64,000 nt of DNA from Planctomycetota bacterium (GCA_965222115.1 CBDCTJ010000001.1:352001-416000); one strand, 5' to 3'. Shown: positions 30,001 through 39,372, numbered from the stretch's first letter. Made by a program: numbers and translations. Notes: generated from the sequence alone by a model not told the origin.

Positions 30001-30254
30001 AAACGAATCTCGTCACCCGTGCGGAGCGAGACTTGCTTGATCGATACGCCGTTCACCATGGTCGGCATGCCACTGGACGAATCGCAAACTTTGAACAGAC
30101 CGCCCGGCAAGGGTTCGAGCCGGCAATGTTCTCGCGCGATGGTCGAGGAGTTGAGTCGCAACTCGCACTCTTCACCGTGGCCGACGCGAACCGGTGCGTC
30201 GGGAAGCCGGGCTTCGTAGCGTTGACCTTCTATCTCAATGCGCAGAACGGGCAT
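27075..30254 (-). CDS. FHA-like + TM + helical region + CAP (SCP) domain protein
   Basis: N-terminal FHA fold ('VRVGHG...CELRL...AREHC...TMVNG...LRTGDEIRLG'), TM 'ILWIGGALCLGILGYAFL', C-terminal CAP ('VNEYRMMMGL...ARGHSRHM...YFAH...GENIA...SSGHHRNML...YWTQLFG'). Confidence 0.8.
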   Translation of the reverse strand: MPVLRIEIEGQRYEARLPDAPVRVGHGEECELRLNSSTIAREHCRLEPLPGGLFKVCDSSSGMPTMVNGVSIKQVSLRTGDEIRLGGAVLRLLDDESDEARALRSRDDRGGTKRASRNGTSSASAANGQAREPAARTSGVDAESATPSVAPTAVTTARATDDATPSAATTATKKSEGRSSSRARSKGSPILWIGGALCLGILGYAFLAGSGAGKSTARESLEMKLSQGLTHFEAKRYDKARAIWTAVKNDPRARAAGVDASAYLRKFGMLEGRANRALEAVWKERLYLDDTALQLRRQDYVREFGESFLPRLEEKFAAIRKAKTSWLSDQVARLESSEAQAWKAHKYAAARDVWAKLKRAAPSGIDVSDVVNERTRAIEIRVREAATTIRSRAETSMGGERPDTAVALIERVLSRFEGFEEHKTLSTLLEEAKKIDARVTAALAASGPRPGRTRTPGTTDQPKEPTSAEQRRLAEIADQDTLSKVRAEWTKFVASFDFRAGQKQAEAAKATMRTEKGRKALTALLRDMRDCQDAAVDLSAHINTNGTSYRGIGPSKSLRGFIESADDKGIQLILKAGSTRIAWAKMQPTMFGTLIDRRKPDGELASKFAALAHARELDERANALLVHAVKTGANKDAVFTRVAFWRDEDVPAGGYVDYEGRFVSPEVRERLLQEAAITASLSAINHKDAATRKKAYEHLLALGDAVADRFLRALTSRRATLLEELRDARGISYGKYRKRLWKLLEERRVHALSLILNRAEYPYPNPQKKNQAEVEARVDKVRQIWERPLELIAEWDKRMGERLSLISEVSEVLERAGGDAKAGAQALTKVINDKVDMPSHTPTSKSAKARAYSLKVLSFNEQIETTATGEEKDNVRAVNEYRMMMGLRAVKIHERLVRAARGHSRHMRVNGYFAHNVPPGKNQTKSNVTPGARAKKQGYGGGVGENIAMGTPTGRDAFWAWFGSSGHHRNMLSRWTEMGAGRSGGVYWTQLFGAATGFRLKQLAKLPDPPEAFAPEPEHHDGTPRRPGSARLPDEAPPQDGEWDGGEDEDAEDGEASDE

Positions 30255-30597
30255 GGATGTCGACCGACTCCTTTGCGAGGGCGGCACGGAAGGAACCCGG
30301 CAACCCGCTCGTTGTCGGCTCGACCGTGTTCCCCGCGTTGCGGCTACACGACTGGATGAGGAACGGGCTCGACGGGAAGGACGAACGTGCGTTCCGCCAC
30401 GATTTCGGCTAGGCATCAGAGTGTACTCCGGGCGGGCGCTCGGAGTCGTATCGGTGCGATGGAAGTCGAAACTGTAGGTCTCTGGGCCCTAAGGGCTGCT
30501 TTTCTAGTGGATCTGAGGTGCCGGGAGCGAATTGCGCCTCGAATGTTCATCGAGCGCAACGCGGCGCATTCGATCGCACGACGAACTCGCGGTTTGT

Positions 30598-31809
30598 CTA
30601 CGCAGGCAGATGCAGCAGAAAATCGAGCAGTTCGTGGGCGCGATCGACGTGAAATCCGGCATCGCGCGCGGCGACTTCAGTAAATGCGCCGCGCTCATGA
30701 CGTCCGCGGCTGGCGCCAAGCACCGCAAAGGGCACGGGGTCATCGAGTGGGCGTCCGGTTTCCGTGCTCACCGCGGGGCCACCAATCACCACCAGGCGCG
30801 CATTGAGGTCGCCCGATTCGATGGCACGCATTATGGTGCCAACCACATAGCCGTCGAGTCGTTCAAGTGCATTGACCTTAGAAACAAATTCACGCGCGTG
30901 CGACGCCGCGGCCAATGCCCCGATGTGTACGAAGACAACGTCCGCACCATCCGAATCAGCACCGTCCAATGCGGCAAATGCCGCGTCGGTCTTCGCACGC
31001 AGATTGGTGGATCCATCTCCAGTGGCACCTTCAGGTACGGTTACACCGGCGCCTTGAAGCTGAGCCGCACCCCGAAGTGCTGCATCTACCGCGACCACAT
31101 GGGCATCAATACCCATACGCGCATGAAACGACGGCAGTGGCATCACAATACCCGGGCACCAAGGCCATACTTGCGTTGCGGGGTTTTCGCCCAGGTCGCG
31201 ACGCAATCGGTTGACTTCGTGATCGGCGAAGACGTCGCGACTCCGTTCCATCACGGCAATCAATCGACTGGTGCCGGTACCGCGTGGCAGCGCGTCGCTC
31301 ATGGGACGATCAATCACATCAAACGGGGACACGGTATCGACGCGCACATCGCGGGCACCGCGCCAGACCAATACGTTTTGACCTCCGTCTCCTGCGTGAA
31401 ACTCAAAGACATCGTCGCCAAAATCACCTGCGAGCGCTTCAAGAAGTTGCGCAGCTTCCTCGCGACGAATGCCACCCGCCCGTGGATCATAGAGCGTGTG
31501 ATCGTCGGCGGTTACGAGGCTCAGCCGAAAGGCTTGATCCAAACTGCCCACCGTGACGCCTAGCGTAGCGGCATCGAGCACGGCGCCAATCTCGTGATAT
31601 TCACGCGGGTCAAGTCCAAACAGCGAGAGTGCGAAGGCTCCTTCTTCGGCGGCGAGTCCCTTGGATGCAGGCGTGACGCGTCCCAAGCGACCGCGACGCG
31701 CGAGCGTATCGAGGTGGGGCGTGGTCGCCGCCTCGAGCGGTGTGCGACCGCCGAGATCTTCCATGGGCCGATCCGCTGCCCCGGCCGCAATTACTACAAT
31801 CGTCTTCAC
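30598..31809 (-). CDS. ApgM-type (2,3-BPG-independent phosphoglycerate mutase) homolog with degenerate active site
   Basis: Scaffold motifs 'GAADRP...LGGRTPLEAA.TP', 'HEVNRLR...GENPATQVWPW', 'GATG...TN' and 'PVPF' are present, but the catalytic motifs are altered. Confidence 0.8.
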   Translation of the reverse strand: MKTIVVIAAGAADRPMEDLGGRTPLEAATTPHLDTLARRGRLGRVTPASKGLAAEEGAFALSLFGLDPREYHEIGAVLDAATLGVTVGSLDQAFRLSLVTADDHTLYDPRAGGIRREEAAQLLEALAGDFGDDVFEFHAGDGGQNVLVWRGARDVRVDTVSPFDVIDRPMSDALPRGTGTSRLIAVMERSRDVFADHEVNRLRRDLGENPATQVWPWCPGIVMPLPSFHARMGIDAHVVAVDAALRGAAQLQGAGVTVPEGATGDGSTNLRAKTDAAFAALDGADSDGADVVFVHIGALAAASHAREFVSKVNALERLDGYVVGTIMRAIESGDLNARLVVIGGPAVSTETGRPLDDPVPFAVLGASRGRHERGAFTEVAARDAGFHVDRAHELLDFLLHLPA

Positions 31810-31841
31810 GCGCTACTCACCTTGGCCTTCCGGTAGGACGG

Positions 31842-32321
31842 CTACGAGTCCTTTGCATCCGCATCCGCTCGCGCGTCGGATCGGTCTTCGCCCGGAAGGT
31901 AGGGCCAGAGGAAGGGCTTGCCTTCCACCGCATGCCGTTCAACGCGTGCGACCGACGTTTGAAGAAAGAGCTCCATCACCGCGCCCGTTTTGCCCTCGTG
32001 AAGGTGACCGGAATACGAGATCAGTTCGCGCGGCGCAAGGACCACGTGAACGTGAGCAACGGGCGTGTTCTCTTCGCCGTGAATCGTAAGGCTGCCGGTG
32101 AGACTCGAAACTTCCATCGGTTCGTCAAAGCGCCGTTTGACGTACTCGCCTGTATCGGGATCGAGAAACCCAAGCGTGGCTTGGCTGGTGCTGCCCAGGC
32201 CCGTTACCCAGCCGTACACAATCTCCTCGTCGGCGGCAAGTTTGCGAAGCGAAGCGACGATTTCCTCGCCCGGGTCGAGCCGCACGATGTATCGACCGTC
32301 TTCAATGGCTGCGAATCGCAT
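31842..32321 (-). CDS. PPC/DUF296 domain protein
   Basis: 'VRLDPGEEIV', 'EVSSLTGS', 'HVHVVL...SGHL'. GAGGAG RBS before ATG 32321. Confidence 0.88.
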   Translation of the reverse strand: MRFAAIEDGRYIVRLDPGEEIVASLRKLAADEEIVYGWVTGLGSTSQATLGFLDPDTGEYVKRRFDEPMEVSSLTGSLTIHGEENTPVAHVHVVLAPRELISYSGHLHEGKTGAVMELFLQTSVARVERHAVEGKPFLWPYLPGEDRSDARADADAKDS

Positions 32322-32464
32322 ACGGTACTCCTCGACGACGCTGCCTTGGGTATACCCCCAATCCCGGCAGGTCGTGTGGAGTTCATCGAGTAGGCTGGGG
32401 CCGCGCCACGATTCTAGAGTATGTCTCATGAATCGACGCACGGCACGCCAACCCGCGGGGTCCC

Positions 32465-33391
32465 TTGGTGCGTATTCACATCGTTATCAACCCCGTGGCC
32501 GGTCGCGGACGTGGAGAGGAACTGTGTACGGCGACCGCAGACGCACTCCGTGCGCGCGGCGCAACTGTTTCACACTACGTTTCGCGCGCAGCGGGCGATA
32601 TCGGCAACCACGTGCTCGCGATGGAACCCGGCCACTGCGACCGTATGGTGATTGGGGGCGGCGACGGAACGGTGGCCGAAGTGCTTAACTGTGGCCGCGA
32701 CCTACACCATCCTGCAATTGGTGTACTGCCACTGGGCACCGCGAATCTCGCGGCGCGGGAACTCCGCATGCCCATCGGTCTGAAGATCGAACGATGGGCC
32801 GAAGGCCTCCTGCGTGCGGAAGCGTGGACGGTGGATTTGATGCAGGCGACGACGTCGAGGGGCACCCAAGACAATCGCGCCTCGCGCCTTGCACTCGCCA
32901 CCGTGGGCGCGGGCGCCGATGGCGCCGTGGTGCATGCCACGTCGAAAGCGCGTCGCTCACATGGCGGGTTTGGTGGCTACGCACGTTGGATCGCACCATC
33001 CATCAAGACACTCAGCGAGTTTGCGTTCCATCCGTTGGTCGTCACGCTGGACGCGTCACGTACAACGACCTGCTCGGCCATCGTTATCCAAAAGGCGGCT
33101 ACCTATGGCGGGTTGTTTCGGCTTAAGCCCACAGCAGGGCTCGACTCGGGACATATGCGCGTCTTCTTGTTGGATGCACGCGCGATGCGCGACTTCCCGC
33201 GCTATGCGCTTGGGGGACTCACTGCGCGCTTGCTGCGCTTCCGCGATGTGCGCTCCTACGCATGCGAGGTGGTACACGTGAAAAGCTCCGCACATGTTGC
33301 TGTGCAAGCCGACGGAGATCCCGCCGGACATACCGATCTCACGGTCTCGATCGTTCGCGGCGCCGCTACGTTGCTGCGGGCGCCTTCATAG
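32465..33391 (+). CDS. Diacylglycerol kinase family (YegS/DgkB-like) lipid kinase
   Basis: 'INPVAG', 'GGGDGT', 'LPLGTAN', 'QADGD'. Confidence 0.9.
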   Translation: MVRIHIVINPVAGRGRGEELCTATADALRARGATVSHYVSRAAGDIGNHVLAMEPGHCDRMVIGGGDGTVAEVLNCGRDLHHPAIGVLPLGTANLAARELRMPIGLKIERWAEGLLRAEAWTVDLMQATTSRGTQDNRASRLALATVGAGADGAVVHATSKARRSHGGFGGYARWIAPSIKTLSEFAFHPLVVTLDASRTTTCSAIVIQKAATYGGLFRLKPTAGLDSGHMRVFLLDARAMRDFPRYALGGLTARLLRFRDVRSYACEVVHVKSSAHVAVQADGDPAGHTDLTVSIVRGAATLLRAPS

Positions 33392-34238
33392 CGTTACGAA
33401 TCGCTGCGAGAGAACGTAGCAATGTGGGTGCCCATGCAAGGGGAACCATGTTGGGGCCATCGCTCTTGCCTTGGTCGGGATCTTCGTGCATTTCCATGAA
33501 GAATCCATCAACGCCTATGGCTGCTGCGGCGCGCGCGAGCGCAGGCACTTGGCGACGGTCACCGCCGCTCTTGGTTCCAAGGCCCCCGGGCCGCTGCACG
33601 CTGTGCGTGGCGTCAAAAATCACCGGATGGCCAAACGAGCGCATCACGGGCAATCCGCGCATGTCCACGACCAGATTGCCGTAGCCAAAGGTCGTACCGC
33701 GTTCCGTGAGCAATACGTTCTGCGCACCACCCGCGTGAAGCTTGCCAACGACTTGCTGCATGTCTTCGGGTGCCAAAAACTGCCCCTTCTTCACATTGAC
33801 AGCTTTCCCCGACGCTGCACATGCGGTGAGCAAGTCGGTTTGACGGCAAAGGAAGGCGGGAATCTGCAGGATGTCCACGACATCGGCGACCGCCGACACT
33901 TGCGTCACATCGTGAATGTCTGTGAGTACAGGGACGCCAACCTCACGGCGCACAGTGGCAAGCGTCTTCAATCCTTCGTCGAGCCCGGGACCACGAAACG
34001 AATCGATGCTGGTTCGATTGGCTTTGTCAAATGACGACTTGAAAACGAATTGGAAGCCGGCGTCACGAGCGATCTCACGAATCGCTTCGGCATGGCGCAA
34101 CGCACTGTCATGGCATTCGATGACACACGGGCCGGCAATCAGCAAGGGTGCATGACCGGGCCCCACACGAAGCGAATCGACGTGGCAAACGGATACGTGT
34201 TCATCACCGGTCGTGGGCATGGGGTAGGCGTCGGTCAT
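33366..34238 (-). CDS. kdsA: KDO-8-phosphate synthase
   Basis: 'IAGPCVIE', 'SFDKANRTS', '[12 protein letters not shown]', 'KKGQF', 'DATHSVQ'. ATG 34238 overlaps the lysA TGA. Confidence 0.97.
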   Translation of the reverse strand: MTDAYPMPTTGDEHVSVCHVDSLRVGPGHAPLLIAGPCVIECHDSALRHAEAIREIARDAGFQFVFKSSFDKANRTSIDSFRGPGLDEGLKTLATVRREVGVPVLTDIHDVTQVSAVADVVDILQIPAFLCRQTDLLTACAASGKAVNVKKGQFLAPEDMQQVVGKLHAGGAQNVLLTERGTTFGYGNLVVDMRGLPVMRSFGHPVIFDATHSVQRPGGLGTKSGGDRRQVPALARAAAAIGVDGFFMEMHEDPDQGKSDGPNMVPLAWAPTLLRSLAAIRNAMKAPAAT

Positions 34239-35521
34239 GCGAGTTCCTTCCACGCGGGATTGGCATGCTCATGAGTACGCAACTCAGCCAACGTTTGCCG
34301 TGAGCGGATAAGCGCGACGCGCTCACCGTGCACCAACACCTCGGCGGGACGCGGGCGATCATTGTAGTTGCTCGCCATGGTGGATGCGTAGGCGCCGGTA
34401 CTCATCACGGCCAGGAGTTCTCCGCGCTGTACCAATGGCAGCGGACGATCCTTCGCGAAAAAATCCCCCGACTCGCACACGGGACCCACCACGTCACAGC
34501 GCGGCGCATTGCCTTCTTCACCAAGAGGCGGAGGCGGCGTGCCTCGCGCGGGCCAAATGCGATGGTACCCGTTGTACAAGCTTGGGCGAATCAAGTCGTT
34601 CATACCTGCATCAACGACAACGAAACGGCGATCGCCGCTGGACTTGTTAAGAACCACTTCTGTCAACATGACGCCCGCGTTTCCAACAATCACTCGACCG
34701 GGTTCCATGATGAGCTTGTACCGCGCGTGCTCAAAGAGAGGCGCAATCTGCTGGGCATAGTCGGTAAACGCGGGCACGTCTTCGTCGCGGTAGTAGATGC
34801 CATAGCCGCCGCCCATATTGATCCACTCGATCTGTTTGCCGGCGGCACCCAAAGACGAGGCAAACTCAAGCACCCGTCGTACCGCACGCGTATGGGGCTC
34901 CACCGTCGTGATCTGACTCCCAATATGGCACTGTACGCCGCGCAGCGAAAGCGCAGGATGGGTTCGAATTCGCACCGCCAAGGCGCTTGCGCGCTCAAGA
35001 TCCACGCCAAACTTGCTCTCGCGCTGCCCGGTGGCGATGTAGCGATGGGTCTTGGGGTCCACATCGGGATTAACGCGAATGGCAATACGCGCTTCAGCAC
35101 CCACGCGCGACGCCATATCGCCTAAGATGCCGACCTCCGCCTCGCTCTCGACATTGAACAGTAGCACACCGGCATCCATGGCGGCCGCCATTTCGTCGTC
35201 GCGTTTGCCAACACCGCTAAAGACGATGCGATCGGGCTTGCAACCAATACTTAGTACTCGTTCCAGTTCGCCAACACTGACAATGTCAAACCCGCACCCA
35301 AGTGAGCGAAGCAGTTCAAGAATCGCGAGGTTCGAGTTGGCCTTGACCGCATAACAAATGAGCGGCGACACCGATGCGAATGCGTCTTGGATGGACTTGA
35401 CATGATCGCGAATGGTCTGGGATGAGTAAACGAAGAGCGGCGTGCCAAACGTGCGCCCGAGCGTTTCCAACGGAATCCCCTCGCAGAAGAGTTCTCCGTC
35501 GCGATAGTGAAACTGGTCCAT
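34235..35521 (-). CDS. lysA: Diaminopimelate decarboxylase
   Basis: PLP lysine in 'YAVKANSN', 'HIGSQI', 'EPGR', 'GPVCESGD', 'GAY...MASNYN'. Confidence 0.96.
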   Translation of the reverse strand: MDQFHYRDGELFCEGIPLETLGRTFGTPLFVYSSQTIRDHVKSIQDAFASVSPLICYAVKANSNLAILELLRSLGCGFDIVSVGELERVLSIGCKPDRIVFSGVGKRDDEMAAAMDAGVLLFNVESEAEVGILGDMASRVGAEARIAIRVNPDVDPKTHRYIATGQRESKFGVDLERASALAVRIRTHPALSLRGVQCHIGSQITTVEPHTRAVRRVLEFASSLGAAGKQIEWINMGGGYGIYYRDEDVPAFTDYAQQIAPLFEHARYKLIMEPGRVIVGNAGVMLTEVVLNKSSGDRRFVVVDAGMNDLIRPSLYNGYHRIWPARGTPPPPLGEEGNAPRCDVVGPVCESGDFFAKDRPLPLVQRGELLAVMSTGAYASTMASNYNDRPRPAEVLVHGERVALIRSRQTLAELRTHEHANPAWKELA

Positions 35522-35617
35522 AGGCGTGGAAGCGTACCCTCGTACACGGCATGGGCGCGCTCGCGGCGGCAAGAATACGGGCGAAATCGACTTGTCGATC
35601 GATGGTATCGTCGCTGT

Positions 35618-37909
35618 ATGGCGACAAAGAAACGAAGTTGGCGTTGGCGGCGGGCAGCGTGGCTGCCCTGCGCGGTCGTATCGACGGTTGCGGTACTTGG
35701 CGCCTGCGGAGGAAGTGGCGGCGGCAGCGGCGACGCAGGCGGAGGTGCCACGCTGCCATATGGGCTCGCGTCGCGCACGCCACTGGCGGCCCATGGGTTT
35801 CCAGGCGTGCCTCCCACGCCGCGTCCGGTGGACGTGGAACCCGCCTACCCAAACGTGAGCTTTCAAACCCCCATCTACCTCACATCGGCGCAGGTGCCCG
35901 ACGGGTCGTCATGGATGTTTGCCGTGCAGCAAGGCGGCATCATTCGCGTGTTTCGAAACGACGACACGATTTTAAACGCACAAGCCACCAACTTCCTCGA
36001 CATCACTTCATTGGTCACGTTCTCGGGTGAACAAGGACTCTTAGGCCTAACGTTTGATCCCGACTTTGGAACGCCGGGAGATGCCCATGAGGGCGAGTTC
36101 TACGTGCACTACTCCGCAAGTACACCGCGACGATCCGTTATTGCACGTTTCACGGCCACCTTCCCTGCAGGGCAAGCCCCGGTCGTAACCAACACCACGC
36201 CCGAAGTCATCCTTGAGGTGTCGCAACCCTATTCCAATCACAACGCGGGAAGCATTGAGTTTGGACCGGATGACTACCTCTACATCGCGATGGGCGATGG
36301 CGGCTCCGGCGGCGATCCGCAAAATCATGCGCAGAACCTTGGCGACCACTTGGGCGCATTTCTGCGCATTGATCCGCGCAACCCTCCGCCTGGTCAAATG
36401 TATGCCATACCACCCGACAATCCGTTTGTCGGCAATCCAAACGCGCTTGACGAGATCTGGGCGTACGGTTTTCGAAACCCCTTCCGCTTTTCGTTCGATG
36501 CGCTGACCGGTGACTTGTGGGCCGGTGATGTGGGACAGGTCACGCGCGAAGAAATCGATCTTGTTACGCGCGGCGGTAACTACGGATGGCGCGTGTACGA
36601 AGGCAACGTGGAATTCAACAATCCAAGCAGCTTGCCGCCCGATGCGTTCGTGGCCCCCATCATTGACTACCCACGTTCGTTGGGATCCACCGTGGTGGGT
36701 GGTTATGTCTACCGGGGCCAAGACGTGCCGAGCCTTTCGGGTGCGTACGTCTACGCCGACTTCGGATCCGGACGTGTGTGGGCGTTGACCTACGACGGCA
36801 CGGCGGTCACGTCCAACACGGAGATTCAGTCGATCAATTCGATAGCGGGATTCGGTGAGGACGAGCGCGGGGAGCTCTACGCCGTCACGATCGGCGGCAC
36901 GATCTATCGCTTTGTGGAACCGGCGGGAGGGCCTCCGACGACGGTGCCGGCCAAACTCAGTGACACGGGGTTGTTTACGAACCTCGCCACGCTCACTCCC
37001 ACTGCAGGGCTCATTCCCTACGACCTCAACTCCGCACTTTACTCCGATGACGCGTTCAAACGTCGCTGGATCGGCCTGCCGGGGACGAGCACCATGACGT
37101 TTTCGCCCGGAGGCAACTGGTCATTCCCCGTCGGGACTGTGTTGGTGAAGCACTTCGAGTTGGAGGAAACGGTTGGCGACCCCTCGTCCCGACGGCGGAT
37201 TGAAACGCGCGTGCTAATTCACGGGACATCCGAGTGGCTGGGCTACACCTATCGCTGGAATGCGGCGCAGACCGACGCGGACTTGATGGACACGTCAATG
37301 GATGAGGACTTCGTGATAAGCGACGCGTCAGCACCCGGCGGATCGCGTTCGCAGACGTGGCACTACCCGAGTCGAACCGAGTGCATGCAATGCCATACGC
37401 AAGCGGCGGGGCGGGTCTTGGGTGTGCGTACGGGTCAAGTCAACCGCGATTACAACTATGCGGCGGCCACCGACAATCAGTTGCGCACATGGAATCACAT
37501 TGGCCTGTTTTCAAATGACCTGTTCCCGGTCATGCCCGAGGATCCCTCGCTCTACACCGCGTGGCCAAATCCCGAAGATGGGTCGGCGTCGCTCTCATCT
37601 CGTGCGCGCGCCTACTTAGCGGCCAACTGCGCGCAGTGCCACCTGCCATCGGGACCGGCGCCGGGGGATCTTGACTTGCGCTATGCCACGGCGCGAAGCG
37701 CTATGAACGCCATCGACGTTCGACCGCAGAGCGGCGACCTTGGCCTTAGCGACGCCTATATCATTCGCACCGACGTCAAGGAAGACAGCGTGCTCTGGGA
37801 ACGCATGCGCCGTCTCGACAACACCCGCATGCCCCGCATCGGTTCGCTCCGCGTCCACCAATCCGCCGTGGATCTCATCGGCACCTGGATCGACGCCGGC
37901 GCCCCTTAG
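35618..37909 (+). CDS. Lipoprotein: glucose/sorbosone (PQQ-dependent) dehydrogenase propeller fused to a diheme cytochrome c domain
   Basis: Lipobox 'VLGAC', 'EQGLLGL.FDP', 'NHNAGSIEFGPD', 'AYGFRNP', 'GGNYGW' and two CxxCH motifs (CMQCH, CAQCH). Confidence 0.88.
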   Translation: MATKKRSWRWRRAAWLPCAVVSTVAVLGACGGSGGGSGDAGGGATLPYGLASRTPLAAHGFPGVPPTPRPVDVEPAYPNVSFQTPIYLTSAQVPDGSSWMFAVQQGGIIRVFRNDDTILNAQATNFLDITSLVTFSGEQGLLGLTFDPDFGTPGDAHEGEFYVHYSASTPRRSVIARFTATFPAGQAPVVTNTTPEVILEVSQPYSNHNAGSIEFGPDDYLYIAMGDGGSGGDPQNHAQNLGDHLGAFLRIDPRNPPPGQMYAIPPDNPFVGNPNALDEIWAYGFRNPFRFSFDALTGDLWAGDVGQVTREEIDLVTRGGNYGWRVYEGNVEFNNPSSLPPDAFVAPIIDYPRSLGSTVVGGYVYRGQDVPSLSGAYVYADFGSGRVWALTYDGTAVTSNTEIQSINSIAGFGEDERGELYAVTIGGTIYRFVEPAGGPPTTVPAKLSDTGLFTNLATLTPTAGLIPYDLNSALYSDDAFKRRWIGLPGTSTMTFSPGGNWSFPVGTVLVKHFELEETVGDPSSRRRIETRVLIHGTSEWLGYTYRWNAAQTDADLMDTSMDEDFVISDASAPGGSRSQTWHYPSRTECMQCHTQAAGRVLGVRTGQVNRDYNYAAATDNQLRTWNHIGLFSNDLFPVMPEDPSLYTAWPNPEDGSASLSSRARAYLAANCAQCHLPSGPAPGDLDLRYATARSAMNAIDVRPQSGDLGLSDAYIIRTDVKEDSVLWERMRRLDNTRMPRIGSLRVHQSAVDLIGTWIDAGAP

Positions 37910-37949
37910 CCCGGACGATTCGCCAAGATTACCTGGTATAAGCGGCGCG

Positions 37950-38894
37950 TTAGTTGGGGAAGAAAGGCTGTTTGGCGGGCGGGGGATTGAGGAGCTTGTG
38001 GCGCTCGCCGTCGCCTTCTTCGGCGATGCGTTCGAGATGTTCGCGTAGGCGGCCAAGGGTCTTGGTGTGAATCTGACACACGCGACTCTCGGAGATGCCC
38101 ATAACGCGGCCAATCTCTTTCATCGTGAGTCGCTCTTGGTAGTAGAGCGCGATTACCGTTTGTTGCGGCTTGGACAGCACGCCCACGACGGAGTGCGCGA
38201 GGTCTTCGGCAACCATCTTTGAGAAAGGCGCTTCACTATCACGATCCATGAGTGCATCGAGCTTGCGAAGCACGCGCGGATCATCATCACGCTCGTCTTG
38301 ATGGCAAAGTGTATAGACGCTGGTCATATTCGACTCACGGCGAAGCTTCTGTGTTTCGCTGTGTGTGGAACCGAGCAGTTCGGCGACTTCGTGATCACTG
38401 GGTTCGCGGCAAAGTTCTTTGCGCAGGTGCGTGACAGCCTTGTTGTAGGTGCTCGCGCGGTTGCGAACCAAACGCGGTACCCAGTCCTGCGAACGAAGCT
38501 CATCGAGAATCGCACCACGAACACGTGTTGAGCAATACGACTCAAAGGGAGTGCCGCGCGAGAGGTCGTAGTTCTCGATGGCACTCATGAGACCAAAGAC
38601 ACCTGCGCTGCGGAGGTCCTGCACGTCGATCGAACGCGGTAGGCGTGACGCAACGCGATTGCCGATCATGCGTACGAGATAAAGGTAGTGCTCGATCAGT
38701 TGGTCACGCAGACGGCGATCGCCCGAGGTCTTGTAGGCACGCCATACGGGCGTGAGGTCCTTCTTGGGGTGACGTGAACTCCGGCGACGGCGCCTGCGAG
38801 GGGGGCGGCTCTTGGCCGTTCGGGCCGGTGGTGTATCAAAGGGCAGTGTGGGGACTGAGCGGGTCTTCGTGCCGGATTCTGTCTTCATTGCCAT
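37950..38894 (-). CDS. fliA: FliA/WhiG family sigma factor
   Basis: 'DLRSAGVFGL', 'RVRGAILDELRSQDWVPR', 'LTMKEIGRVMGISESRVCQIH'. Start is 38894 or 38888. Confidence 0.92.
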   Translation of the reverse strand: MAMKTESGTKTRSVPTLPFDTPPARTAKSRPPRRRRRRSSRHPKKDLTPVWRAYKTSGDRRLRDQLIEHYLYLVRMIGNRVASRLPRSIDVQDLRSAGVFGLMSAIENYDLSRGTPFESYCSTRVRGAILDELRSQDWVPRLVRNRASTYNKAVTHLRKELCREPSDHEVAELLGSTHSETQKLRRESNMTSVYTLCHQDERDDDPRVLRKLDALMDRDSEAPFSKMVAEDLAHSVVGVLSKPQQTVIALYYQERLTMKEIGRVMGISESRVCQIHTKTLGRLREHLERIAEEGDGERHKLLNPPPAKQPFFPN

Positions 38895-39372
38895 CCATCC
38901 ACCTGGGGGTGAGCTGCCGATCCCGGGGAACCCCAGGGGGCACGGCGCGCGACTGCCTCCTCCGGCGCCCAGGGCCCTCCAGAGCCCGTTCATTTGGGCG
39001 CCACGCGGATTTCGCGCGCCGATGGGAGGATCCTGCCGCTCAAATCTCAAAGTCCCAAGCCCAAAAGACCGACGTAATAGGCACTTGGAGGCATTGGACG
39101 GCCTGGGATCGACCACCATAAAATGCGGTTTTGGTGGTGTTATTGCCTTAATTCTACAAGATATGGGGTACCAACAACACACGACGCCGACAAAACGCTA
39201 CTTGTCACAACAACGTAATTTGGTCCAAATTCGGCAAAAACTACCCCATTGACTCTCAAGTAACACGACCCAGGGACACTCCGGAGCGGCCAGAGAATGG
39301 GGACCTTCGGGGCGCTAACCCGGGTACCGTCGCCCACCGCCGAATCGTTTCGATTGGCATAGGGAGCCCGTC

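Noticed and set aside
28161-31563. Long plus-strand ORFs (28161-29282, 30532-31563) and similar antisense ORFs elsewhere
   Set aside because: They are shadows of well-supported minus-strand genes, expected in GC-rich DNA, and have no recognisable motifs.
39228-39252. Possible sigma28 autoregulatory promoter (TCAA...GCCGAATT) upstream of fliA
   Set aside because: The spacer is 13 nt against about 15 expected, so the match is weak.
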